The notes: generated by a model from the sequence alone, not told the origin. Shown: positions 17,341 to 26,654, counted from the first letter of the stretch. The stretch is 62,333 nucleotides of DNA from Verrucomicrobiota bacterium (GCA_003219005.1 QHPG01000102.1:1-62333); one strand, 5' to 3'. Made by a program: numbers and translations.

Positions 17341-19074
17341 TCACAAATCGCCGCGCTGCTGCAGTCGCGCGATTGTTTCGGGCATCATGCGATGGCCAAA
17401 GTGTCCCTGTTGCACCCGCAACAGTTCTGAGCCGCGCCATTTCTGCTGAATCGCTTCGATCTCGCCGGCTGGCACGATCGAATCGAATTCACCGGTCACA
17501 AATAGAACACAAGCCGGATCACAGAGCGGTTGGGTGTGCAACGGTGAGCTCAGATGAAAATGCCGTGCAACGAGAGACGGCTCGATATTCGCCCGGAGCA
17601 ATTCGCGCCGAATACGACGCGCAGCCGGGCTTTGCCAGATGGCGTGCTCGACGTTTACGATCGGCGACATTAACGCCACGAAGCGAAAATCACTCTCCAC
17701 CAGTGTCAGCAACGCGCCGATCCAGCCGCCGTAACTGGTGGCGAGCACGGCAAACTCGCGGCAGCCGCGTTCTCTCAATGCACCCATCAACTGCCGCAAT
17801 TCGATTACGCCCTGGCGCAGTCCTTCCGCGTTGCGGATTAGATCGCACGTGATCGCGAGTTCGCCATTCCAATAGCCGCGTGGGACCCGCGAAAAGTGAT
17901 AGGGAAGGTGAAGGAAACAAGCGTTCCAGCCAAGTTCGTTGAAGCGCTCTGCGCAACGGCGATGGCCGTCGCGACTGGTAGACATGAGCGCGTGCAGCAG
18001 CAACACCGTGGGCGCGCGGATGCCTTGTGCGCACTGGAAGAATTCCGCGTGAGCGATGTTGTTTGCTGCAAAATGTGTCCTAATCGGGCTGTTCCATGCC
18101 AACGTCGCGTGTCCGTTTACAAGCGTCTTCGTGACATCTGGTTCGTACGGCGCGGCGTAATATTCGCGCGGGGTGAGCCGCTCGCATTTCATCACGTAGG
18201 CCTCCATCTCTCGTCCCGACTTGTCGGGATTCAGCCGATGCCGGGTATGAAGCAAGTTGAACGATCCGCAGATGAGCGAATCGATTGTACCTGCTGCAAG
18301 CCGCTGTAACCGAGCTCTGGAAATTGTAGGGCGACCGGTTCGGTTGCCGTCTGGGTGTGCAGCAAGCGATGCGCTTGCCCTACAATTCATTCGTTCACGT
18401 GGCGGACGCGGGAGATCATCAGTCGTGAGCTGAAATTTTTCGCGTAATTCTGCGTAGAGATTTTTGAATGCGACCGCCAATTCGGATTCGATCCGCTCGC
18501 GCGCGTGCAATTTTTGCAGCTCTGGAAAATGTGAGATCGGATTGCCGAAGACGATCCAGATCGGCGTGCGCCGAAATGGTAGCCACTGTCTTTTTGAATA
18601 GAGACGATCGCTGCCCAGGATCACGCACGGCAAAACTGGGAGGCCAGCGATCTGCGCGAGCGTCGATGCACCGGGTCGAAGCGGCGCGCCCTCCAGCAGT
18701 GAACGCGTCCCATCACGAATGCCGCCCTCTGGAAATAGTCCAACGACCCGTCCGCTCTTCAGCCGCTCGATTGCGGTGCGAATCGTTTTGAGGTCAGCGC
18801 GATCCCGCTCCGCCGGGAATGCATCGATCGCGCGTAAAAGAAATCCCAGCACTCGAGGGCGAAAGAATTCCGCCATCGTCATCCAATCGATCTTCCGCCG
18901 CACTGCCAGGGATATGAGGAACGGATCGAAATGACTGATATGATTCGCCGCCAGCAAAAATCCCCCGGCCCGATTTGTATTCTCGCGTCGGAGCACGCGA
19001 ACACGTGCGACGCAGCCAAACAGCAGTTTCACCAAGAGCTTGCCAGCCCGATAAGATGCTGTTTTGATTTCCAC
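17341..19074 (-). CDS. Fusion protein: N-terminal PlsC-type (LPLAT) acyltransferase + C-terminal alpha/beta-hydrolase-like domain
   Basis: 577 aa with a GTG start. The N-terminal part has HX4D (NHISHFDP) and FPEGGIRDG. The C-terminal 300 aa or so have a nucleophile-elbow-like LATSYGGW and a C-terminal HFGH. Confidence 0.7.
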   Translation of the reverse strand: MEIKTASYRAGKLLVKLLFGCVARVRVLRRENTNRAGGFLLAANHISHFDPFLISLAVRRKIDWMTMAEFFRPRVLGFLLRAIDAFPAERDRADLKTIRTAIERLKSGRVVGLFPEGGIRDGTRSLLEGAPLRPGASTLAQIAGLPVLPCVILGSDRLYSKRQWLPFRRTPIWIVFGNPISHFPELQKLHARERIESELAVAFKNLYAELREKFQLTTDDLPRPPRERMNCRASASLAAHPDGNRTGRPTISRARLQRLAAGTIDSLICGSFNLLHTRHRLNPDKSGREMEAYVMKCERLTPREYYAAPYEPDVTKTLVNGHATLAWNSPIRTHFAANNIAHAEFFQCAQGIRAPTVLLLHALMSTSRDGHRRCAERFNELGWNACFLHLPYHFSRVPRGYWNGELAITCDLIRNAEGLRQGVIELRQLMGALRERGCREFAVLATSYGGWIGALLTLVESDFRFVALMSPIVNVEHAIWQSPAARRIRRELLRANIEPSLVARHFHLSSPLHTQPLCDPACVLFVTGEFDSIVPAGEIEAIQQKWRGSELLRVQQGHFGHRMMPETIARLQQRGDL

Positions 19075-19188
19075 CTTCTGAGTGTTTCGCTGCTTTCGTG
19101 CGATCGGAAAGCTATTTTTTCCGGCTGATTCCTTTTCTTAGTGTGGTATCATAGTTGACGGTTCCCAGCGAGTTTGGGGCAAGACGCT

Positions 19189-19485
19189 ATGAAACCGAGG
19201 AGTCCTTCCACGGGCGGAAAGGGACGATTTCCGCAGACGGACTACTTTTTCCATTCCGGTTTCGGTCAATGGCATGGCGGGAATTTCTGGCCTTACGATG
19301 GAGAGGACCGATCGCGCGACAGGAATTTTTACAATTTAGGACGCGAATACCGGATCGAAGCAGCGCGGGAGCGTGCAAAAGAGATGGCGGTGTTTGCGCT
19401 AATTGTCCTGACCTCGGCGTGGCCGGTGCTCTACATGGTTGTCACGGTGGTGAAATTGTTGAGCAAAGGCCGCCCACTGAATTGA
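19189..19485 (+). CDS. Hypothetical small tail-anchored protein
   Basis: ATG 19189 (the track begins at TTG 19174). The protein is 98 aa, with a Gly/aromatic/charged N-part (FHSGFGQWHGGNFWPYDG) and a single C-terminal TM (MAVFALIVLTSAWPVLYMVVTVV). An extended -10-like TGgTATCAT lies at 19144-19152. No homology was recognised. Confidence 0.3.
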   Translation: MKPRSPSTGGKGRFPQTDYFFHSGFGQWHGGNFWPYDGEDRSRDRNFYNLGREYRIEAARERAKEMAVFALIVLTSAWPVLYMVVTVVKLLSKGRPLN

Positions 19486-19505
19486 TCGCTCGGCTGTTTC
19501 GAGCG

Positions 19506-22382
19506 TTACTGTCGCGGTTTCGGCCAGACAATCGCGCCCGTGCACGTGCGATTGATATAAACATTTCCCGCCTCCAGTTGCGCTTTGACCCGCTCGATGT
19601 TGGCGGGACTGCGTGAGCAAAATCCGCCTGTCAACGCGTAATCGGTGCCGTTGGCGACTTCGAGCGCTTCGTCCAGGTCACGCACTTTTAGCACGCTCAG
19701 CACAGGGCCAAAAATTTCCTCGCGCGCGATGCGCACGTTCGGTTTCACGTCAGTGAAAATCGTCGGCGGGATGAAATAACCCTGCGGCGGGACTTCCTTT
19801 GCCTGATAGGCAAGCGTCGCCTCCTTTTTACCGATCTCGATGTAATCCAGAATTCGCCGGTAAGCCGCCTCATCGATTACCGGCCCGACCATGATCCCCG
19901 GTTCTTCAGGATTGCCGACGCGCAGACTGGCTGCGGCTGGGATCAAACGTTCCATCACGCGGTCGTAATTTTCTTGCAGAAGAATTAGACGCGACAGCGC
20001 TGAACATTTCTGCCCTTGATAACCGAACGCGGAATAAATGGAATAGCCGACCGCTTCGCCGAGATCGGCATCGGCATCGACGATCATCGCGTTTTTGCCG
20101 CCCATTTCACAAATCACATGTTTGAGCTCGCGCTGACCGGGCCGTGCCACACCCGCCGATTGCCAGATTCTTAACCCGACTTCGCGCGAACCGGTGAACG
20201 CGATAAGATCGACATCTTTGTGATCGACCAAATGCGCACCGATAACGGAGCCGTGTCCAGAGAGAAAATTTAAAACACCCGGTGGAACGCCCGCTTCTTC
20301 GAAGACCTGCATGAGCATCGCGCCGCAGACGATCGATTGCTCGGATGGTTTCATGATGACGGTGTTGCCCGTTACGACTGCCGCCGACGCCATTCCGCAA
20401 AGAATGGCGATTGGAAAATTCCACGGTGCGATCACGAACGCGACGCCGCGCGGCCAGTAATGGTGATAACTTTCCTCACCAGAAACCTGCTGCGTGAGCT
20501 TCGGGCGTCCGAGGCGGCGCATTTGCTGCGCGTAGAACGTGCAAAAATCGATCGCCTCGCGGATATCTGCGTCGGCTTCCTTCCAGGCTTTGCCTACTTC
20601 AAAAACTTCGAGCGCAGAAAGCTCGAAGCGACGGCGCTCCAGGATTTCCGCAGCGCGCTCGAGCAAGCGCGCCCGCTCTTCAAACGGCGTCCGGCTCCAT
20701 TTGCCAAAGGCCGCGCGCGCAGCTCTGACGGCACGTTCAGCTTCGCGAATCCCAGCTTCCGACCCGTAACCGACAATTTCGTCCGGAGCGCTCGGATTCA
20801 CAGAGGGCGTCAGTTCATCTGTCCAGACCTTTTCGCCCCCGATGACGAGTGGATATTTTTCGCCAAAGCGCTTGCGCACTTCGCGCAGTGCGCTCTGCAT
20901 TTTGTCCTGGCTGTCTTTGTAAGCGAAATTCACAAGCGGCGAGTTTCGGTAAACATCGCCGGGCGCAATGTCAAGGGAAGGGCCATTTTTGCGATGTTGA
21001 TTCTGGGTTGCAACGGCACTTGCTGACTTCGGCGGGCTCGCTCCATCTGGCTTCACCAACTCTCTTGGATCGCGTAGCAGTTCTTCCGCTGAAACGTTCT
21101 CAGCGAATTTTGCGCGCAGAAATCCTTCATTCGATGTGTTCTCGAGCAAGCGTCGAACAAGATACGCCATGCCGGGAAGCAGCTCGCCGACCGGGCAATA
21201 TTCGCGGACACGATAACCCATTTCCACCAGTGCACGCTTGATGGGCCCGGCCATCCCATAGAGCAGTTGAAACTCAAAGCGGCTGCGCTCGATCCCGATC
21301 TCGTGCGCGAGCGCCTGTGCGTGCGCGATGCTGCGAACATTGTGCGACCCGAACGCAGCGGTAACGATTGATTCATTTTCGAAAAGCACGCGCGTGAGCG
21401 CCTCAAAATTTGCGTCGCTCTCCGGCTTCTGAAAAAAAACCGGACAATCCCAGCCATTCTGGCGAGACTTCGTCGTTTCGTAATCCCAGTATGCGCCTTT
21501 GACCAGCCGGACTGCGAACCGTGTGCCGCGGGCGCGACCCCACTCGATCAGGTCGCGCAAATCCGTTTCTGAATCTCGCAAATACGCCTGAATGACGATC
21601 CCGGTATGCGGCCAATCTTTGAACTCCTCGTCAGTGAAAATGGTTTTGAACAGTTCAAGAGTGATATTTTTGTGCGCGTAACTCTCCATGTCGAAATTGA
21701 TAAAAGCGCCCAGCTTTCGCGCGCGGCGCAGGAGCGGTCGCAACTTGGGCGCCAGATGGGCAATTGCATCGGCCGGATCGGCCGGACTAATCTGCGAATA
21801 GAGCGCAGAAATTTTGACCGACAGATTTACAACCGGAAAAAGCTCCGAATTTTTGCCTAACGGATCGGCCCAGTTTTTTGTTTCGCACGCCAGTTTCTCC
21901 AGTAAGTCCAGATAGCGCGCCGCATATTCATCCGCCTGCGCTTCGCTGACGACGCCTTCTCCTAACAAATCGACGGTAAACCCAATTTTTTGCGCGTGGT
22001 GCTTGCGCAATGTCGCCATCACGTCGTCCGGATTTCTTCCGGCGATGAACTGGCGCGCCATTCCAGAAACATTCCAGCGCAGGATCCGCCCACTTGCCCA
22101 CGGAGCGATGCGCGCCAGACGAACGCCGGCATTCACGAACGGCCCGAAGCCGTCACTGCAGAAATATTCGTCAAGATGCTCAACAATCTCACTTGAGCGG
22201 CGTAGCGAGGGCAGGACATCCACGAAGCGAAACAATTGCGCCTTGAACCGCTCGTCACGCATCGAGAGCGCCATCAAACGCTGATAAAATCCAGCTTTGC
22301 TGAAAAGCCGCTCCGGATGTTGATCGACCAGCTCGAAGATGCGTTTGCCGCGCCGCTCGATTTCGCTCTGGAGCGCCGTCAT
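19506..22382 (-). CDS. putA: Bifunctional proline dehydrogenase / P5C dehydrogenase PutA, apparently 3'-truncated
   Basis: 958 aa. The N-terminal PRODH barrel is followed by an ALDH domain with the EMGGKNA, GQKCSA and EEIFGPV boxes. The ORF stops right after NRTCTGAIV (..WPKPRQ*), before the ALDH PFGG segment. Confidence 0.85.
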   Translation of the reverse strand: MTALQSEIERRGKRIFELVDQHPERLFSKAGFYQRLMALSMRDERFKAQLFRFVDVLPSLRRSSEIVEHLDEYFCSDGFGPFVNAGVRLARIAPWASGRILRWNVSGMARQFIAGRNPDDVMATLRKHHAQKIGFTVDLLGEGVVSEAQADEYAARYLDLLEKLACETKNWADPLGKNSELFPVVNLSVKISALYSQISPADPADAIAHLAPKLRPLLRRARKLGAFINFDMESYAHKNITLELFKTIFTDEEFKDWPHTGIVIQAYLRDSETDLRDLIEWGRARGTRFAVRLVKGAYWDYETTKSRQNGWDCPVFFQKPESDANFEALTRVLFENESIVTAAFGSHNVRSIAHAQALAHEIGIERSRFEFQLLYGMAGPIKRALVEMGYRVREYCPVGELLPGMAYLVRRLLENTSNEGFLRAKFAENVSAEELLRDPRELVKPDGASPPKSASAVATQNQHRKNGPSLDIAPGDVYRNSPLVNFAYKDSQDKMQSALREVRKRFGEKYPLVIGGEKVWTDELTPSVNPSAPDEIVGYGSEAGIREAERAVRAARAAFGKWSRTPFEERARLLERAAEILERRRFELSALEVFEVGKAWKEADADIREAIDFCTFYAQQMRRLGRPKLTQQVSGEESYHHYWPRGVAFVIAPWNFPIAILCGMASAAVVTGNTVIMKPSEQSIVCGAMLMQVFEEAGVPPGVLNFLSGHGSVIGAHLVDHKDVDLIAFTGSREVGLRIWQSAGVARPGQRELKHVICEMGGKNAMIVDADADLGEAVGYSIYSAFGYQGQKCSALSRLILLQENYDRVMERLIPAAASLRVGNPEEPGIMVGPVIDEAAYRRILDYIEIGKKEATLAYQAKEVPPQGYFIPPTIFTDVKPNVRIAREEIFGPVLSVLKVRDLDEALEVANGTDYALTGGFCSRSPANIERVKAQLEAGNVYINRTCTGAIVWPKPRQ

Positions 22383-22539
22383 TTACGAAATTACTCTGCC
22401 CGTGTGCGTTAGGCAAAACGGAAGCAGACCACGTTTCCGAGAATGAAATAATTTTGCTGACGGACACGCTCACTTGACGGCCTTTATCCGAAATAAAAGT
22501 GAAACTGCTGCACGCAATTTTGGGGAGCAAATAGAGAGA

Positions 22540-22589
22540 GATTTGCCTGGCAGACATCGGAGGCCCAGGGCTCGAGCTGTCAGGCAATC
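22540..22589. repeat. Inverted repeat GATTTGCCTGGCAG ... CTGTCAGGCAATC in the putA/ltaE divergent region
   Basis: The arms are 22540-22553 and 22577-22589: 11 of 12 paired positions match, with one extra T in the left arm. The arm sequence is related to the GCAGGCA/TGCCTGC hairpin family. Confidence 0.5.
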
Positions 22590-22640
22590 TCTTGTGTGCT
22601 GATTGATCCGGCGCAAAAACTCGCGTAGCAAACAGACGAG

Positions 22641-23684
22641 ATGATCGTAGAGCGCCACGAATTTTCGAGCGATAACGTCGCACCGATTTGCCCCGAGGCC
22701 TGGGCCGCATTGGAGGAAGCAAACACGCATTACGCGCCATCCTACGGCGAGGACAGGTGGACTGCGCGCGCCTGCGATCGCGTCCGTGAAATCTTCGAAA
22801 TCGACTGCGATGTTTATTTTGTTTTTACCGGCACGGTGGCGAACGCGCTGGCGCTCGCGCAGTTGTGCAAATCGTTCCAGAGCGTCATCTGTCACCGGCA
22901 TTCTCACATTCAGACCGACGAATGCGGCGCGCCTGAATTTTTCACAGGAGGTTCAAAACTGCTTTTGGTCGGCGGCGAGGATGGAAAGATTGACACCGGC
23001 CAGGTGGAAGCGCTGCTGAACCGACAGAACGAGCCGCATTCGCATAAGCCGGGCGCGATCAGCATTTCACAAGCAACCGAGTTTGGGACGGTTTACAGCC
23101 GCGACGTAATTGCGGAGGTCGCCGACCTGGCGCGCACGCACCAACTGTTTCTTCACATGGACGGCGCGCGTTTCGCCAATGCAATCGCATCGCTCAATTG
23201 CGCGCCCAAAGCGATCACATGGGAGGCCGGAGTGGACGTTCTCTGTTTTGGAGGGACAAAAAACGGAGCGGCTGTCGGCGAGTTTGTGATTTTTTTCGAT
23301 AAGAAGATCTCGCGCGAATTTGATTACAGAGCGAAACAAGCCGGACACCTCGGATCGAAGATGCGTTTTCTCGCTGCGTCGTGGCTGGGTCTCTTGACGG
23401 GGGACGCGTGGCTGCGAAATGCGCAGCACGCCAACGATGCGGCGCGACGGCTTGCGGACGGGCTGCGAAAGGAGGCAGGGATCAAGAACGTATTTTCAGT
23501 CGAAGCAAACGCGGTGTTTGTCTCGATGGAAGAGCGACTGGCCAGCGGTCTCCACGCGCGCGGCTGGCGTTTTTATAAATTTATCGAGCCCGACGTTTAT
23601 CGGCTGATGTGTTCGTGGGCCACCACCGATAGGGCCATCTCCGATTTTGTTGGTGACGTTAGCTCAATATCATTGAACAAATAG
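22641..23684 (+). CDS. ltaE: Low-specificity L-threonine aldolase
   Basis: 347 aa with FSSDNVAPICPE and HIQTDECGAPEF. The PLP-lysine context is FGGTKNGAA. Confidence 0.85.
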   Translation: MIVERHEFSSDNVAPICPEAWAALEEANTHYAPSYGEDRWTARACDRVREIFEIDCDVYFVFTGTVANALALAQLCKSFQSVICHRHSHIQTDECGAPEFFTGGSKLLLVGGEDGKIDTGQVEALLNRQNEPHSHKPGAISISQATEFGTVYSRDVIAEVADLARTHQLFLHMDGARFANAIASLNCAPKAITWEAGVDVLCFGGTKNGAAVGEFVIFFDKKISREFDYRAKQAGHLGSKMRFLAASWLGLLTGDAWLRNAQHANDAARRLADGLRKEAGIKNVFSVEANAVFVSMEERLASGLHARGWRFYKFIEPDVYRLMCSWATTDRAISDFVGDVSSISLNK

Positions 23685-23702
23685 CGAACAGAAGACATCT
23701 GT

Positions 23703-24275
23703 ATGAAAACGAGAATGAAAGCTATTGCGCGACTGCTGATGTTTGTGCCGATCTTGGTTGCCGGATGCCGGGCGACCCAGGATGTCGCTGTTACGTCTTA
23801 CCATGTCACCCGTGGCGCCGCGGTAGGCTCTTACAAAGTGGCTCGGGCGGTTGCAGTCGGTTCCTATCGTGTTGCCACCGCGCCAGTGCATTATGCCACG
23901 CGCAAGGTTAGCGGCGAACCAACAATGGTTGGAACGACAGAGGCAACTTCATCGGATGTCAGGCAGCCAGGGCAACCAATGCGGCCGGAGATGGCTTCAG
24001 CACCGCAGACCGCAGCCGAACGCCGCCAGAGCCAGACTTCGAGCGAGGTACCGCGCACGACGCGCAAGGAGACAGCGCATTACTCCACGAAGGCCGGGTC
24101 GTCCCGCCCTTCCGCGTCGCAGGAAAATTTTCCCACCGCGAAATCGGTGCCCGGTAAAGCTGGCTACGTATTCAGCCCGTTCGACACCGAAGGCAGATAC
24201 GTCGATATCAGCGGCTTTGCGCCGGGCACCAAGGTAAAAGATCCGTGGACCGACAAGATTTTTCTTGTTCCATAG
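23703..24275 (+). CDS. Lipoprotein with conserved C-terminal ...GF.PGT.VKDP.TDKIFLVP module (paralogue of 43790..44182)
   Basis: The lipobox is ILVAGC near the N-terminus. The middle is low-complexity with GSY+V repeats. The last 45 aa or so align with the C-terminus of the 43790 ORF. Confidence 0.7.
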   Translation: MKTRMKAIARLLMFVPILVAGCRATQDVAVTSYHVTRGAAVGSYKVARAVAVGSYRVATAPVHYATRKVSGEPTMVGTTEATSSDVRQPGQPMRPEMASAPQTAAERRQSQTSSEVPRTTRKETAHYSTKAGSSRPSASQENFPTAKSVPGKAGYVFSPFDTEGRYVDISGFAPGTKVKDPWTDKIFLVP

Positions 24276-24339
24276 GTCGCGGCGCGCCCGGCGGTCGCGC
24301 CCTGATTGCCGTAAATTGGCGCGAGTGCTACCTAACTAC

Positions 24340-26475
24340 ATGAGACTGGCATTGAGAGTTGCGATCGGCGCGCTGCTTTGCTGGTCAATCGTCGCTTTTG
24401 CGCCTCACGGCCTCGGCCAGGAGTATAAAGGAAAACAACTCGTTAGGGCGGAGCTCCTCGCCGACACAAACGCAGTTGTTCCCGGCAAATCGTTTACTGT
24501 CGGTTTGCTGCTGCGAATGGCTCCAGCCTGGCATACTTACTGGAAATTTTCTGGCGACGCTGGTCTTCCCAGCGAATTAAAATGGAAGCTGCCAGCAGGG
24601 TGGAAAATCGGTGAGATTCAGTGGCCGATTCCCCTGAAGACGATCGATCCGGGCGACATTCAAACGTATGGCTATGAAAATGAGGTCATGCTCATGCAGG
24701 AAATCGCGCCGCCTACAAAACTTGACAGTTCCTCGGTAAAACTTTCCGCCGATGCAAGCTGGCTGGTCTGCGAGAGAATCTGCATCCCTGGCGGCGCAAC
24801 ATTACAGTTGGAGTTGCCGGTATCGACAACCAGCCAGCCAGCGAACACTGAACTCTTCACGCGTTATCGGCGTTTGCTGCCGCAAAACTGGCCGGGAGCG
24901 AACGTTGCGAAAGCCGATTGGAGTCGGGTTGGATCCGATCTTCGGTTGAAAGTCACGAGCGAAAGCTTGGCAAGTTATCCGGCAGTCGATTTTTTCCCAT
25001 TGCCGGAGCAGAACACCGTTGTCGGCCATCCAAGAATCGAATCGCGAAACAAAAATAAAATTGTCTTTCGCATTCCCATTGAGTCGTCGGAGAAGAATTT
25101 GTCGTCCATGGCGGGCCTTGTCGTTTTATCGCATCAGCCAAACGGCGAGGACCGGGCGGCGTGGCAAATCGCAACTCCGCCGGCTGTTTCGGCCGCTCGA
25201 CCGGGACCAGCGCCCGTGCGGGGAATTTTCACTTTTTTGCTCTTCGGTTTTATTGGCGGCATCATTTTGAATTTGATGCCGTGCGTGTTGCCGGTGATCT
25301 CGCTAAAGATTTTTGGATTCATTCAACAGGCTGGCCAGAGCCGGCAAAAAATTTTGCGGAGTGGCATCGCGTTCGCAATTGGAATTTTCGTCTGGTTCAT
25401 CGCGCTTGCGCTGCTTCTGATTGCGCTCAAGGCCGCCGGGCGCGACGTCACTTGGGGTGGATTTCAATTTACCAACGCGTATTTCGTTCTGGTGTTGAGC
25501 GTGATCGTTCTCGTGTTCGCTCTGAATCTCTTTGGTGTGTTCGAAATTTCATTGCCGCAAAGCATGACGCGCGGTCTGCTTTCGACGACCGAGCGGAAAG
25601 ATCATCTCGGCTCATTTTTCCAGGGAGTGTTCGCCACTGTGCTGGCCACGCCGTGCACCGCGCCGTTTCTCGGCACGGCGCTCGGCTTCGCGTTTTCGCA
25701 GTCGTCAGCGATCATACTGTCGATGTTCGTGGCCGTCGCCGCCGGCATGAGCGCGCCGTATTTGCTCCTGAGCGCTCAACCTGCCTGGCTGCGCTTTTTG
25801 CCAAGACCCGGGCCGTGGATGCTGCATGTGAAGCAGTTCATGGGCTTTCTGCTGCTGGCGACGCTGCTGTTCCTTCTTTACGTGCTTGGAGCGCAGCGCG
25901 GTTTGGAAGGGGCGATCTGGGCGAGCTGTTTCCTGTTGGTAATCAGTGTCGCGTGCTGGATGAAAGGCGCTTTCGTCTTGCCGACATCTTCAGCGGCGAA
26001 GCGAAGTATCACACTCGTGCTCATGCTCGTGCTCGTGTTCGCGAGCGGCATTTATTTTATCGGGAACAAATTTCACTCCGCGAATATTGCTTCCGCTGAC
26101 TCACGACTCCGAGGCGATTGGCAGGCGTTCACGCCCGAACGGTTGCAAGGGGAACTGGAGCAAAGCCGCGTTGTATTTGTCGATTTCACGGCGGCGTGGT
26201 GTCTCACCTGCAAATTCAACGAAGCCAGTGTGCTTGAGAGCACCGAGGTGCGACAGGCATTTCAGCGTCATGGCATCGTGAAATTAAAAGCCGATTGGAC
26301 CAACGGCGATCCGGTGATCACGAAATTGTTGCAGCACTTTGGCCGGCCAGGTGTGCCTCTCTATGTGCTCTATCCCGGAATAAAAGAAGAGCCAATCGTT
26401 TTTCCAGAACTCCTCACCAAGAGCATGCTCTTAGAGAAGCTCGAAAAGAGCGCGCGCCAGGTCGCTTCGCAATGA
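24340..26475 (+). CDS. dsbD: Thiol:disulfide interchange protein DsbD (three-domain)
   Basis: ATG 24340 (MRLALRVAIGALLC...). The alpha-domain cysteines are in WLVCERICIPG, the TM-domain cysteines in NLMPCVLPV and LATPCTAPFLG, and the C-terminal thioredoxin CxxC in FTAAWCLTCKFNE. Confidence 0.9.
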   Translation: MRLALRVAIGALLCWSIVAFAPHGLGQEYKGKQLVRAELLADTNAVVPGKSFTVGLLLRMAPAWHTYWKFSGDAGLPSELKWKLPAGWKIGEIQWPIPLKTIDPGDIQTYGYENEVMLMQEIAPPTKLDSSSVKLSADASWLVCERICIPGGATLQLELPVSTTSQPANTELFTRYRRLLPQNWPGANVAKADWSRVGSDLRLKVTSESLASYPAVDFFPLPEQNTVVGHPRIESRNKNKIVFRIPIESSEKNLSSMAGLVVLSHQPNGEDRAAWQIATPPAVSAARPGPAPVRGIFTFLLFGFIGGIILNLMPCVLPVISLKIFGFIQQAGQSRQKILRSGIAFAIGIFVWFIALALLLIALKAAGRDVTWGGFQFTNAYFVLVLSVIVLVFALNLFGVFEISLPQSMTRGLLSTTERKDHLGSFFQGVFATVLATPCTAPFLGTALGFAFSQSSAIILSMFVAVAAGMSAPYLLLSAQPAWLRFLPRPGPWMLHVKQFMGFLLLATLLFLLYVLGAQRGLEGAIWASCFLLVISVACWMKGAFVLPTSSAAKRSITLVLMLVLVFASGIYFIGNKFHSANIASADSRLRGDWQAFTPERLQGELEQSRVVFVDFTAAWCLTCKFNEASVLESTEVRQAFQRHGIVKLKADWTNGDPVITKLLQHFGRPGVPLYVLYPGIKEEPIVFPELLTKSMLLEKLEKSARQVASQ

Positions 26476-26484
26476 GTTAGGGGA

Positions 26485-26654
26485 ATGCCTCGGATTTTTG
26501 TAAGCAGCGTTGTGAACACACCGGCTGAAAATGTCTGGGCGGTGATCCCGCGGTTTACGAAGCGCAGCTCGTCGATTTGATGAATCAAAATTTTCTCGCT
26601 GGTCTTCGCAATCTGGCTGAGAAGTTCGGCCAGGGTCGAGCGGCGTCTCCTTGA
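26485..26654 (+). pseudogene. Relic of an SRPBCC (START/polyketide-cyclase-like) gene with the middle deleted
   Basis: The frame from ATG 26485 gives MPRIFVSSVVNTPAENVWAVI.., a typical SRPBCC N-terminus, then a stop at 26578. A second frame from about 26535 gives ..GGDPAVYEAQLVDLMNQNFLAGLRNLAEKFGQG.. with a stop at 26652-26654, which looks like an SRPBCC C-terminal helix. Together they cover about 170 nt against an expected 450. Confidence 0.45.
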
